64,000 nt of DNA from Mobula birostris (taxonomy: Eukaryota), in NCBI RefSeq assembly GCF_030028105.1, contig NC_092398.1:16744182-16808181 (forward strand). Reading direction: 5' to 3'. Numbering within the stretch: the stretch's first letter is position 1; each line of letters opens with the position of its first letter. Under the pieces are notes generated by a model. The model made no database searches. It saw only the letters and a program-made list of their open reading frames with translations, and was not told the origin of the DNA. The position numbers were made by a program, and so were the translations under genes. Positions 1 through 12,159 of the stretch are shown here, in pieces.

Positions 1-294
1 AATATTGGATATCGTCAGTGGTACTAATTCGTCACTCTTATAATGCCGCAAACTAAATTTGTCTCTGTGTTTGAAGATTTGGTTGTTCTTAACAGAACTG
101 TGCTGAATTCATGTTCCCCGACTCGCAATATCAAATCCTGAGGAAAATATATTGTATGAGAGAGTAGCGACTGCGTTGACTATGGCACATGTGCAAAGGT
201 TATTCCACTTTAGTTTCACTGGGTTCAAGACCCTGCATTCGGTTAATAAATAGACAACACCATCCATGTGGAGAGAGTACTAGTTATTTGATGA

Positions 295-1150
295 TTCAAT
301 GGTTCAATGGTTCGATAGTTCATTAGTTCAATGGTTCATTGGTTCGATTTAATGTCTGAAATGTATACAGTATATAACCTTAAATCTTTACACTTCATAC
401 ACATCCACGAAACAACGACAAAAAGACAAAGAACGAATGACAGAAGAACACTGGAACCCCAAAGTCAGCCCTTCCATTTCCCACATGCAGCAACAAAACA
501 TGAACCTTTCACTCACCTCCACATGTTCCAACAAGAGGCATCAGACACCCACCATCTACCATACAAGCAATAGCAAATCCACCGGAGAATATGATCTTGA
601 GTGCATTATAACCAACTGTCTTTCCTAACACTTCGACATCTCAACAGGGCTACTCTTCCACTAACGAGGGAGAGTGATATCGCTCCTGCCACAGCAAGAA
701 TGGAGGCCGACAGCTCCCTGTTTCGACTTTAGTCTGCAAATTCTCTGATTGTAATTTCCCCCGACTCGAGAATCAGCATACTCTCTCTTACCACCCAGAG
801 CACGGAGGTATCCTATAGCTCCAATAGCGGTACTGATATTTCGATCCTCTGCAACGCTTCATTCGGCATCATCGACGAGCAATCGGATCGTCTGTAATGC
901 CGCTCCAGTCACAAGCACGTCTTCCAAACTGCTCCTGAAAATGCCGGAGCGCCTGGTCACTCGGCTACTACCGACAGCGAGAACTCTCGCCTATGACGGA
1001 CAGAGCAGCTGCAGATCACGGTCTCCGAAGTCGCCCCAGTCACCTTGGGAAAGGAAAAAATAGAGTCACGAGATCAGAAGCTTTTAAATGTTTCGCGGAT
1101 TAACTCGAAGAAGACGCCTGTTTCCGCAAAGGACACCTGGCAGTACCATT
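295..1150 (-). mobile_element. CpG-rich non-autonomous retroposon-like element with (GAACCATT)n tail, ancestral to the duplications
   Basis: aatggttc tandem repeats at 298-345 (the 3' tail on the minus strand). Homologs at about 17070-20070 (interrupted) and about 44595-45420. Confidence 0.45.
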
Positions 1151-2269
1151 AACTTCTCACTAGCAATGCCACTAGTTACTCGAAGTGACTCTGCAGTGTT
1201 CTGAAGTTGGTATTGGCACACACAACTTTAGATGCTCAACCAGATGTCATATTGTCGGTCTCGAACCTGACGGCAATCTGTTAATAGCAGAAGATACTGA
1301 CAGAATACGTCATTGTAAGTGGAAAAGTGGATAGTAAGTTTACCATCCCGGCTGGAATGTATTGGTCAGAGAATGCTGCTGATGACTGGTATTTCACGAG
1401 CTGCTGTATTTCAGGACAGAAATTACGGGCCATGCAAACCAGGTTATGTCAGAATCTTTCAGCAAGTCAAGGAGCATCTGCAGAGCCGGAAACAGAGTGG
1501 ACTGGTTAGGTTGCTCGCTAAAATGTTTAAAAGCACACCCGTCATATTTTTTGCCCTTGAAATATTATAACTGCCAGTACTACAATAATTTTCCTCAGCA
1601 GCCAAGCACAATTTTAAAAATTTCATCGTCCGCTATGTCCTTGATCCTGCCCTTGTTATATGGATAGACCCCTGAATTTATTCTACACCGATTTTACATC
1701 ATCATAAATTTGATCGTCAATCCACAGATTAAAAGAAATTTCAGATGCTGGAAATTTTATGAGGAAAGAAGAAAAACACTCAACAGAACAGACGGTACTG
1801 ATGGAAGGAGAAACTGCGTTCATGCGATAAAGAGATCTAATAATTTTACCTGTCACAATTTTACCATTAGATAAAATAATTGATTTTATTTTGGTGAGAA
1901 AGTCATGTTTGTTATTTAATCTATTTCATTCCTAAATTCATTAGACAGAAATGAGTGGTTCATTACCCACTCATTTAACTATCCCTCCTGGGCTGTCATC
2001 CAGCATCTGAAGGGCATTTGATTTCAAAATGCTCGGTAAACCTAACTGGTTGATTTTTTTAATAGTCCGCAAGTCAACTTTCAATCCCAATAATCTGATA
2101 CAGATTAAGTTTTATAAAACATTTAATGCCTATTATTTTCTTCTTTTGCAAAAAAAAACGTATTACTGACTTGCAACTGGGTTTTTTCATTAGGGCTTTT
2201 CTTTGCTTGCACTTGGATATCGCGTGTGCATTTCATCCTCTGCTGTCCCGCAGCGTTTCAACACAAATA

Positions 2270-2770
2270 TTTAAAGTTCAAAGTAAATATTATTCTCAGA
2301 GTATGTATACGTGACCACGTACACCCATGAGTTTCGTTTCCCGCAGGCATGTTCAGCAAATCTATAGAATAGGAATAATATTGCAATCAACGAAAGATCA
2401 CCCAGAGTGCAGAGCCAACTAACGGTGCAAATGCAAATATAAATAGAAGATATAAAGAGTGATTGAATTACTAAGATAAGGGTTCCTTAAAGTGAGATAA
2501 TGTATTGTGCAAGCATCTCAATGGATGGGAAGTGAGTGAAGTTATCCCTTCTTTCAAGAGTCTGATATTTGAACAGTAGTAACTGTTCGTGAACCTGGCG
2601 GTGCGAATCCTGAGGCTCTTTTTTGACCTTCTATCTGATGGCAGCAGCGAGAAAACAGATAGTCTGGTTGACGAAGATGTCTGATGATGAATGCTGCTTT
2701 CCTACGGCAGTGCCCCATGTAGATGTGCTGAATGGTTGGTGGTTGGGATGGGGAGATTTTCTTAAGGTCA
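2270..2770 (-). mobile_element. Rex1/Babar-like LINE 3' fragment (paralogs at about 21135-21960 and 47800-48620)
   Basis: Pattern aactgttcgtgaacctggcggtgcgaatcctgaggctc...cctgatggcagcagcgag resembles the 3' part of the Rex1-like element at 60.5-60.8 kb. Confidence 0.55.
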
Positions 2771-3099
2771 GATCCATTGCATTTGGCATGATAGTCGATA
2801 TTCAGACGGACACCGTTTGGATGTGAATGCTGGAAGGGCTCAGGAAAACTCATTAGCACAACACAGGTGACAACACAGGACTAAAGTACACTGAGCAATA
2901 AACGGAGAGGCAGATGCTAGGTGGAGCACAAGGAGACATAAGCGGCAGCAAAACAGGTAATGACGAGAAACAGGTGAGAGGCAGAATACTCAGTAAGACA
3001 GGAGCCGGAATAGAGCAAGAGCGGGGATAGGAGCAGATAGAGCATAACAACAACAAGAGCACATGGGAATACAAAACCACTGAATGACGGCTTGGGAGA

Positions 3100-3515
3100 A
3101 ACACACAAAAAGTCAGAGTTCAACTGGATGTACTAACAATAGGTGAAAAACACTGAAGGCCATTTGAAGAAAGTAGAATGGGTGGGGGGCGAGGAGCACC
3201 AGAAGGAGATAACATGAGAAATGGACAAGGGGGTGGGAAATGGTGAGGGGGGTGGTTAGAGGCATTACTGAATGCTTGAGATATCGATGTTCATCTCATC
3301 AGGCTGGAGGCTACCCAAACGGAACATATGGTGTTGTTCCTCCAACCTAAGTGTTTGGTGATGGATCCAGTGTCAGGTGGATTAAGGTTCAGAGAATGAT
3401 ACGCTGGACGCGGATACTGTGGGGTGGTAGGTTTGGATAAGAGCAAAACTACCTACAATAGCAAGGTGAGAGGCGGGTTAAGAGCAGACATGCGTGAAAT
3501 GGAAGAGATGCGGAT
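3100..3515 (-). mobile_element. Penelope-like element fragment (continues at about 5590-5735 after a CR1 insertion)
   Basis: ggctacccaaacggaacatatggtgttgttcctccaacc is the antisense of the GIY-YIG C-terminal EEQH.IFRLGSL segment. Paralogous to 24530-25495 and 53680-54865. Confidence 0.7.
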
Positions 3516-5590
3516 ATGGTAGATCAAGGGGTTTAGATGGGGTAGAGTTTGTTAGGAGTCTTCTGGAAGGTTTGTAGACACAATATGTAGATAAGCCTAC
3601 AAGAGCGAAGTCTGAATTTGAAATGAACCTGGTTAGGTGTTCTATTTTTCAGTGGGAGCGAAGTTTGGAGATAATGATCACAATTCTATCTCCTTTACCA
3701 TAGTATTGGAGAGGGATAGGAACAGACAAGTTAGGATAGCGTTTAATTGGGGCAATGGAAAATATGAGGCCTCAGGCAGGAACTTGGAAGCATAACTTAG
3801 GAACTCATGTTCTCAGAGAAATTTACGGCAGAAATCTGACAAATCTTCAGGGCATATTAGCGGGGAGTTCTGCATAGGTGCTTTCCAATGAGACAGGGAA
3901 AAGATGGTAGGTTACAGGAACCGTGGTGTATAAAGGGTGTTGAAAATCTAGTGAAGAAGATAAGAAATGCTTACGAATGGTTCAAAGAACTTGGTATTGA
4001 TAGATAACTAGAAAATGATAAGGCGAGCAGCAAAGAGTTCAGGAATGAAATTAGGACAGCCAGAAGGGGCCATGAGAAGGCCTTGGCAGGCAGGGTTAAG
4101 GACAATCCCAAGATATTCTAGAAGTATGCGAAGAGCAAGATATTATGACGTGTGAGAATAGAACCAATCAAGTCTGACAGTGGAAAAGTGTATATGGAAC
4201 CGGGGGAGATACCTTAGATAGTTATTGAATACTTCGTTTCATTACTCACTTCGGAAAAGAATCTTAGCGATTTTAGGGATGACTCACAGTCGATTGAAAA
4301 GCTTGAGCATACAAACATTAAGAAAGGGGATCTGCTAGAACGTTTGGAAAGCATCAAGTTGGATACGTCCCCGGTACCGGATGAGAAGTACCGCAGATTA
4401 CTGTGGGAGGCAAAGGAAGAGAAGACTAAGCCTGTGGAAAAGATCCTTACATCATCAATGGGGACGCGAGAGGTTCCAGACGATTGGAGGGTTGCGGATG
4501 TTGTTCCCTTAATCAAGACAGGGAATAGAGATAGCCCAGGAAATTATAGACCAGTAAGTCTTACTTCAGTGGTTGGTAATTTGAAGGAAAAGATCCTGAA
4601 CGGCAGGTTTATGAACATTTGGAGCGGCATAATGTGGTTAAGAATAGTCAGCCTGGCTTTGTCAAAGGCGGGTCCTGCCTTACGAGACTGATTGAATTTT
4701 TTCAGGATGTGACTAAATACATTGATGAAGGTATGGGGGTGCTGTGGATAGTGTGGAGGGCTGTCAGAGTTTACAGCGGGACATCGATAGGATGCAATAC
4801 TGGGCTAAGAAATGGAAGATGATGTCCAACCCAGATAAGTGTGAGGTGGTTCACTTTGGAAGGTCAAAAATAATAGAGGAATATAGTATTAATTGTAAGA
4901 TTCTTGGTAGTGTAGAGCATCAGACGGATCTTGGGGTCCGAGTCCATAAGACACTTAAAGCTGCCACGCAGGTTGACATTGTGGTTAACAAGGCATACGG
5001 AGCATTAGCCCTCATCAACCGCCGGATTGATTTTAGGAGGTAATGTTGCAACTATATAGGATCCTGGTCAGACCCCAATTGTAGTATTGTGCTCAGTTCC
5101 GGTCGCCTCAATACAGAAAGGATGTGGAAACTATAAAAAGGGTGCCGGAGAGATTTACAAGGATCTTGCATGGATTGGGGAGCATGCCTTATGAGACTAG
5201 GTTGAGTGAACTCCACCTTTTCTCCTTGGAGCCACGGAGGATGAGTGGGGACCTAGTAGAATTGTATATGATAGTGTGGATAATCGGAGCCTTTTTCCCA
5301 TGGCTGAAATGGCTAACATGAGAGAGCACAGTTTTAAGATGCTTGGAAGTAGGTACAGAGGAGATGTTAAGGTAGTTTTTTTTTACGCAGAGGGTGGCGG
5401 GTGCGTGGAATGGACTGGCGGCAACGGTGATGGATGCGGATACGATAGGGTCTTTTAAGAGACTCCTGGAGAGGTACGTGAGGCCAAGAAAATAAAACGC
5501 TATGGGTAACCCTACGTAATTTCTAAAGTAAGTATATGTTCGGCACAGCATTGTTGCCCAAAGACCCTGTATTGTTTTCTATGTTATATA
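3516..5590 (+). mobile_element. CR1 LINE ORF2, degenerate, internally deleted
   Basis: ORFs contain DWRVADVVPL..GNYRPVSLTSVVG, FNPDKCEVVHFG and CR1 3' UTR sequence. Confidence 0.9.
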
Positions 5591-5799
5591 GAAATGGTTA
5601 AAAAGAAGAGGCCGCGTTGATGGTGGAGGAAAGGAAGCCCCCTTCTTTCAAAAAGGAGGGCATCTCATTCCTTCTGGAATGAAAAGCCTCATCTTGAGAG
5701 CAGATGCGGTGGGGACGAAGGAATTGAGAGAAGGTACCCACTGAAATATCTTGTCACATAAATAGAACTTGCAAGACATACTTTCAGAGTCTGATGCAA

Positions 5800-6012
5800 A
5801 TGTCCCTTGAGGAGCGAAATGTGTTTTACAGCGATAAATTGAGTAAAAATATTTCAATGAATTGATTTGTTCCATTGGTTGTTACCAATACTACTGAGGA
5901 ATAATTAGTTCAGGTGATCTTCGCTCTGTAGTATAAGACACTGCTGTATTAATTTTCTACTTACTGAGCAGTTGGAAAGTTAAGTTCCTGTAATCCCTGC
6001 CGCAGATAGGCA
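5800..6012 (+). promoter_or_regulatory. Putative proximal promoter of GPCR copy 1 (EBF/O-E-like TCCCTTGAGG 5803, homeodomain TAATTA 5902, TATAAG 5932)
   Basis: All three motifs are present at equivalent positions before copies 2 and 3 (25562/25665/25695 and 54930/55030/55060). TATAAG lies 79-81 nt upstream of the ATG. No expression data. Confidence 0.4.
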
Positions 6013-6082
6013 ATGGGATATCCAGCAATATTTTACATAGCCAGTACCTACTATCCTGTACTTGCAGCGGTTGGTATTCCTG
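6013..6082 (+). CDS. GPR139-like GPCR copy 1, exon 1 (MGYPAIFYIASTYYPVLAAVGIP+G); CDS join(6013..6082,10276..11174), 322 aa
   Basis: ATG in gcaATGG context, 23 codons +1 nt, then a G|GTAAG donor. It encodes the N-terminus and first half of TM1 (YYPVLAAVGIP) and has the same length and phase in all three units. It splices in frame to exon 2 (G+TT=Val, VNLTAI). Confidence 0.9.
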
Positions 6083-6154
6083 GTAAGAAATCGATTTGGC
6101 TAGTATTTCTTTGAATAATCTTATCTGTTACAATTGTATGCAGTACACCTCTCC

Positions 6155-8030
6155 GGTATAGGATCTTAGCGATTGTAGGGATGACTTACAGCGGATTGAA
6201 AAGCTTGAGCATATAAACATTAAGAAAGTGGATTTGCGAAAACATTTGGAAAACATCAAGTTAGATATGTCCTCGGGACCGGATGAAATGTACCAGGCTA
6301 CTGTGGGAGGCGAAGGAGGAGATTGCTGAGACTCTGGCAATGAACTTTGCATCATCAATGGGGATGGGTGAACTTCCAGAAGATTGGAGGGTTGCGAATG
6401 TATTTCCGTTATACAAGAGAGGGGGTAGAGATAGCCCATGAAATTATACACCAATGAGTCTTACTTCAGTGGTTGGTAAGTTTATGGAAAAGATCCTGAG
6501 AGGCAGGGTTTATGAACATTTGGAGAGGCGTAATATGTTTAGGAATAGTCAACATGACTTTGTCAAAGTCAGGTCGTGCCTTACGAGCCTGATTGAATTT
6601 TTTGAGGATGTGACTAAACACATTGATGAAGATAGAGCAATAGATGTAGTGTATATGGATTTGATACATTCGATAAGGTACCTATTCAAGGCTTATTGCG
6701 AAAGTAAGGAGGCATGGGATCCAAGTAGATATTGCTTTGAAGATATGGCTTGACTGTCATAATCTGGATGGAAGACAGTGACCAATGGTGAGCCTCAGGG
6801 ATTTGTTCTGGGACCCCTTTTTCGTGACTTTTGTAAATGATCTGGATGAGGAACTGGAGGGATGTGTTATTAAATTTGCTGATGGCACAAAGGTTGGGGG
6901 TGTTGTGGATAGTGTGGAGTGCTGCCAGAAGTTTCAGCGGGAGATAGATATGATGTAAAACTGGGCTGAGAAGTCGCCGATGGAGTTCAACCCAGATAAG
7001 TATAAGTTTCACACACAAAAAGTGCTGGTGAACGCTGCAGGCCAGGCAGCATCTATAGGAAGAAGCACTATCGACGTTTCAGGCCGAGACCCTTCGTCAG
7101 GACTAACCGAAAGAAGAGATAGTGAGAGATTGAAAGTGGGAGGGGGAGGGGGAGATCCGAAATGATAGGAGAAGGCAGGAGGGGGAGGGATGCAGCTAAG
7201 ATCGGGAAAGTTGATTGGTAAAAGGGATACGAGGCTGGAGAAGCGAGAGGATCTCGGGCCGAGATGCCGAGGGAGAAAGAAAGGGGAGGGGGGCAAACCC
7301 AGAGGATGGGCAAGGAGTTATAGTGAGAGGGACAGAGGGAGAAAAAAATCGTGTTTTCGTTTTTAAGTGTAAGGTTGATGATTTTGGTAGGTCAAATATG
7401 ATGGCAGAATATAGTATTAATGGTAGCACTCTTGGCTGTGTGGAGGATCAGACAGATCTTTGGGTTCCAATTCCATAGGACACTCAAAGTTGCTGCGGAG
7501 TTGACTCTGTGGTTAAGAAGACATACGATCGATTGGCCCTCAGCAACCGTGGGATTGAGTAAGAGCCGAAAGGTAATGTTACAGCTATATAGCACCCTGG
7601 TCAGACCCCACTTGGAGTACCAAGCTCGGTTCTGGCCACATCACTACAGGAAGCCTGAGCAAACTATAGAAATGGTGCAGAGGAGATTTAGAAGGATTGG
7701 CGATTTGCCTGAATTGGAGAACATGCATTGTGAGAATCGGTTGAGTGAACTCCTCCTTTTATCCTGGGAGCGGCGGAGGATGAGAGGTAACCTGCCAGAG
7801 GTGTAAAGTTTTTATACGCAGAGAGTGGTGAGTGCTTGCAATAGACTCCGGGAAACGGCGGTGGAAGCGGATACGACAGAGTCTTTAAAAGACTCCTGGA
7901 TAGGTATATGGAGTTTAGAAATATAGAGGGCTATGGGTAACCTTAGGTAACTTCTAAAGTAAGTATCTGTTGGGCACATCGTTATGACCGAAGGGTCTGT
8001 ATTGTGCTTTAAGTGTTCTATGTTTCTTTT
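6155..8030 (+). mobile_element. CR1 LINE ORF2 fragment in intron 1 of GPCR copy 1
   Basis: SLTSVVGKFMEKILRG..SCLTSLIEFFEDVT, KFADG, LVRPHLEY and a tail ttctatgttt. Absent from introns 2 and 3. Confidence 0.9.
7010..7350 (-). mobile_element. Penelope-like terminal repeat (pLTR) nested in CR1, with hammerhead-like motif at about 7066-7106
   Basis: Near-identical to the 3' terminus of the Penelope element at 51400-51750. Confidence 0.85.
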
Positions 8031-8057
8031 TTTTCAATATTATTACCGTAGAGTTCC

Positions 8058-8512
8058 TTCATATAACCATATAACAATTACAGTACGGAAGCAGGCCATC
8101 TCGGCCCTTCTAGTCCGTGCCGAGCTCTTACTCTCATCTAGTCCCACCGACCTGCACTCAGCCCATAACCCTCTATTCCTTTCCTGACCATATAGCTACC
8201 CAGTTTAACTTCAAATGAGAACATCGAACCTGCCTCAACCACTTCTGCTGGAAGCTCGTTCCACACAGCTACCACTCTCTGAGTAAAGAAGTCCCTCCTC
8301 ATGTTACCCCTAATATTTTGCCCTTTAACTCTCAGCTCATGTCCTCTTCTTTGAACTTCCCCCACTCTTAATGGAAAAAGCCTATCCACGTCAACTCTAT
8401 CTATCCGCCTCATAATTTTAATTACCGTTACCAAGTCCCCCCCACCCCAACCCACTACGCTCCAAAGAATAAGGACCCATCTTGCACAACCTTTCTCTGG
8501 AACTTAGGAAAT
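8058..8512 (-). mobile_element. CR1 LINE 3' end
   Basis: ORF 8138..8455(-) reads RGHELRVKG..FFTQRVVAVWNELP; tandem tail ccatataa. Confidence 0.85.
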
Positions 8513-9354
8513 GAAACATAAAATATAAAATATAAAACCTTGTTTTATTGTCTGATGCTTACATTCGTCTCAATAAAAATAAACTGTTTTATAACAAAGA
8601 AGGGAGCTGTGCTGTACGTGTTGGTACTCCTTCCAAAGGCGTTAGAGTTTATATTTATCGAATCCACATTTTCAGGCTAATTAACTAAACTTCCTTACGA
8701 ACATGACTATGAGCCCCTCGTGTCTTTGTATCACAGCCACTCTCTTTTGTTTCTCGCCATGGCTATTTTACACTCATGTTTCCTGCTGTTATTCAATTTG
8801 GTGTGTCCTAGTCTTTCGTGTTCCTGTTACTTCCATCAAATCAGCTTTCAGCTGTAAGACAATATAAATTAAACCACACAGCTGATCATTGATTACCTCC
8901 TAAAATTGTGCAGCCTGTTCTAAATGCGATGAAAGATTTTTTTTTTTGAAAGTTCGATGAAAGATTCCGCTTCATTCGTTTATTGGGTGCACTGTTGTTC
9001 GGTGCTCTGGTAGTAGATAAACGAAACTGAATGGTCCTATTTCTGTGTATTCCAATATTGTTCAAAAACAAAATGACACTGGCGGGCATGACGTTTCGGT
9101 TTAAGAAGATGACCTTTGAATTAACTGAATATGTACGTGCATTATTCCTTGACTTCAGCACTTGGATTTTCAATCTATTCTAATAACATACCATGCGGCG
9201 AACGTTCTTTCGCATCTTTATTTTGGATGCTGTTTTGTAAGCCATTGACATACTGGATGGTTGATCTTTGGTAATTCATAGATGAACAACATCAGAAGAC
9301 TCAGAATATTTCATCAAATATTGCTGCCCAATCCATATTTATCTCGGACGCCCG

Positions 9355-9600
9355 GAAGCTAAGCGTTGAGCTATTACAGCTCGGGGCGTTCCGGAGTTTT
9401 CTGTTCAATTCTGTCAGAAAGGTGTTTGTTCGTCCTCCGGTGACCGCAACTGTATCCTCCGCATACTCCGGTTTCCTCTCACATTCCAAACACATACTTG
9501 TTAAGAAGTTAATTGCTCATTACAAATTGTCCAGTGAATGGCGTGGGTTGAATCGAGGGTTGCTAGAAGGTCTGGTTTGAAGAACCGGAATTAATGAATT
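9355..9600 (+). mobile_element. V-SINE/HE1-like SINE, intronic (paralogs at about 26790-27000 and 56155-56400)
   Basis: Central domain ...gttc(g)tcctccggtgacc...tactccggtttcctctcacattccaaa...ttaattgctcattacaaattgtcc. Confidence 0.6.
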
Positions 9601-9796
9601 AAATACAAAGTTTAAAATTTACTTTGATTTCATAGCTGGAAATAACTTCGTCCCAAAATGTTGTCCTTTGGCAGTTTCTTCACTGCGCCTTGGAGCTAGA
9701 AGTAACACATTGCCCTCTTGTATCAATGTTTAGAATAGTGACTTTTCCCATGTATCTTCATTCCAATATTGAAACGAGTTACTGCTGGTTTTGAGC

Positions 9797-10140
9797 AACC
9801 AACATAAAAGATTCTGGTGGAATGCAGCAGGCCAGGCAACAGCTCTAGGAAGAGGTACAGTCGACGTTTCGGGCCGAGACCCTTCGTCAAGCCTAACTGG
9901 CAGAAGAGCTAGTAACAGATTTGAAAGTGGGAGGGGGAAGGGAAGATCCGAAATGATAGGAGAAGACAGGAGGGGGTGGGATGGAACCAAGAGCTGTACA
10001 GTTGATTGGCAAAAGGGATATGAGAAGATCATGGGACCGGAGGCCTAGGGAGAAAGAAAAGGGGGAGGGTGAAAAACCAGAGGATGGACAAGGGAGAGAG
10101 TGAGAGGGACAGAGGGAGAAAAAGGAGAGAGAGAAAAAAA
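9797..10140 (-). mobile_element. Penelope-like pLTR in intron 1 of GPCR copy 1
   Basis: Matches 51400-51750 in reverse orientation. The hammerhead core is mutated (TTGACGA). Confidence 0.85.
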
Positions 10141-10275
10141 ACTGCAGGCGGGATTTGTCAATGGGTGACGGGTTTCAACTACGTCAGCGCACTATCTTTA
10201 ATTGTACAGATGATATTTACGCGTGAAATAAGGGAATATTTGTAATTATTATTTTTCAAAATTTCATACCTTCAG

Positions 10276-11174
10276 TTAATTTAACGGCAATTTGGATACT
10301 GTCTCGTGGAAAATGCGGCCTTTCGAAATGCGTGACTCACTACCTGGTGGCCATGGCAGCAGCGGATCTGATGGTGGTCATAGTTGCTGTTATATTGCAA
10401 CCGATTAATAACATCTATTTATTTGCTCATTTCCTACTTATAACTCCAATATGCGCTGTAATAGATGTCCTCAGGTCGATAACAATGGACTGTTCCGTTT
10501 GGTTTACGGTGGCTTTCACTTCTGACCGCGGTATCGCCATCTGCTGTCAAGAGCTGCGGAAGCGGTACTGCACCGAGAGGGTGGCGACTGTGGTATTAGC
10601 GACTATAGTTGCGGTGAGCTGCGTGAGGTGTGTTCCATTCTACTTCGCAGTGGAGCCCTACGTTATAATCAACAACATCCCTTGGCGTTGCAAGCAATCA
10701 GCCGAATACTATACAGCAGCGCTGTGGAAAATATACGAAATATTGGACAGTGTCACTACACCGTTACTACCAATATGTATAATTCTGCTGTTCAATGCTC
10801 TAACCATCAGGCATATTACAGCGGCAAACAGAATCCGGCTGGGACTGCGTAAAAGCCGGGAGAATCAGAAGGATCCAGAGGTGGAAAGCAGGCGAAAATC
10901 AATTATTTGGCTCTTTGCTCTTTCAGCCAACTTCATCTTACTATGGATGCCCTACATCGTGCATTCTGTAAACTGGCAAACCGAAAATTTTTTCTATGTA
11001 AACAGGTCTTTGAGCAGCCCGATATATATTCTGCAACAATTTGGGTCTATGTTCAGATATCTCAGCATTTGTACCAACACGTGCATCTACGGACTGACAC
11101 AAAGAAAATTCAGAGAAGAACTGAAGAGTGGAGTGAAATATTTGTTCACATTGAACGGGGGGATCTATACTTGA
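10276..11174 (+). CDS. GPR139-like (probable GPCR 139/142 family) class A 7TM receptor copy 1, exon 2
   Basis: Acceptor tttcataccttcAG at 10274-10275. The 899-nt exon contains ORF 10332..11174 with TM2 AAADL, TM3 DCSVWFTVAFTSDRGIAICC, TM5 PLLP, TM6 LLWMP, TM7 TNTCIY and helix 8 TQRKFREE. The family call is from motif recognition, not a database search. Confidence 0.9.
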
Positions 11175-12159
11175 CAGGCGCACCTTACCGTACTTTCAAA
11201 CAATTGGTGTAATGTTGTATTTTATGAATGTGCCGCAGATAATTAGATTAACCTGTTGTCGGCAATTGGAATGGCTACTTTCCAGCTACTTTATGAAATC
11301 TATTTGTTTGCAGCAAGGTACATAAAATGCGCTGGTGATCGCTTAGTTCCATTATTGGACGTATTTGAGTATATTACAAATTTGATTCATAACATCCAAA
11401 TTTCAATCCCAATTTATCATTTGCATCAGTGCATATTTGCATTTCAAAAGATGTAGAAAGGGTACTTAAAAAGGCGTCAATAAATCCGAGATTTATGAAA
11501 GTTACCTTTTCCGGAAATAAAACAATGTCGAAGACTGTTGGAAAGATCAATGTAAGGTGAGCTATGGGTATTGAAATAGAAGAGAATTCGAGGCTGGATA
11601 TTACCATTCACGGTCGTATTGAATGTGAAACTGCTTCAGAAGTTGAACAATCTGTTTATACCGCCAATTTCTTTATCCTTTCATTCTAATTATCTATGAG
11701 ACCCGGAACGTACCGATTTGCAAAACAAGTTTGATGATGGGAACGATGAGCATGATAATAATAAATTCAAGTGTCATGTACCTCATGTATTTAAGAAAGG
11801 GACCAGTCAGTGATGTTTGTGATCTTCTACTGCTGTAGCACCTTCACTTTAAGGTCACGTCGTGTGTGCGTTCAGAAATACTCTTCCAGATAGCTCTGTT
11901 CTAATAAGGGACTCTTTGCGTTACTGTCCCCTCCCTGTCATCTTGAACCAGTCTGACTATTCTCCCTTAACGTTCTCACGATCAAAGCGTTTTCAGCCAC
12001 ACCACAGCTACACATTGGACGGATTTTTATGTGTCTCTTGTACCATTCTGTCCAAACTGTAGGTACTGCTGTCTGTGAAAATTACATGATATCTGCAGTT
12101 TCTGCGGTACTTCTGGCACCACGGTTGAACTTATTGTTATCATGGTAATCATTCCCATT

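Noticed and set aside
1150-1760. Non-repeat-looking block conserved in all three units with short ORFs (1319..1667, 20242..20754, 46814..47520)
   Set aside because: Frames and stops are not conserved between copies, unit 3 carries a CR1 insertion in it, and no domain was recognised on either strand.
10907-11212. Alternative-frame ORF MALCSFSQLHLT.. conserved in all three receptors (also 28352..28615 and 57804..58067)
   Set aside because: It is a shifted-frame by-product of highly similar coding sequence, has no ATG start, and there is no independent evidence for it.
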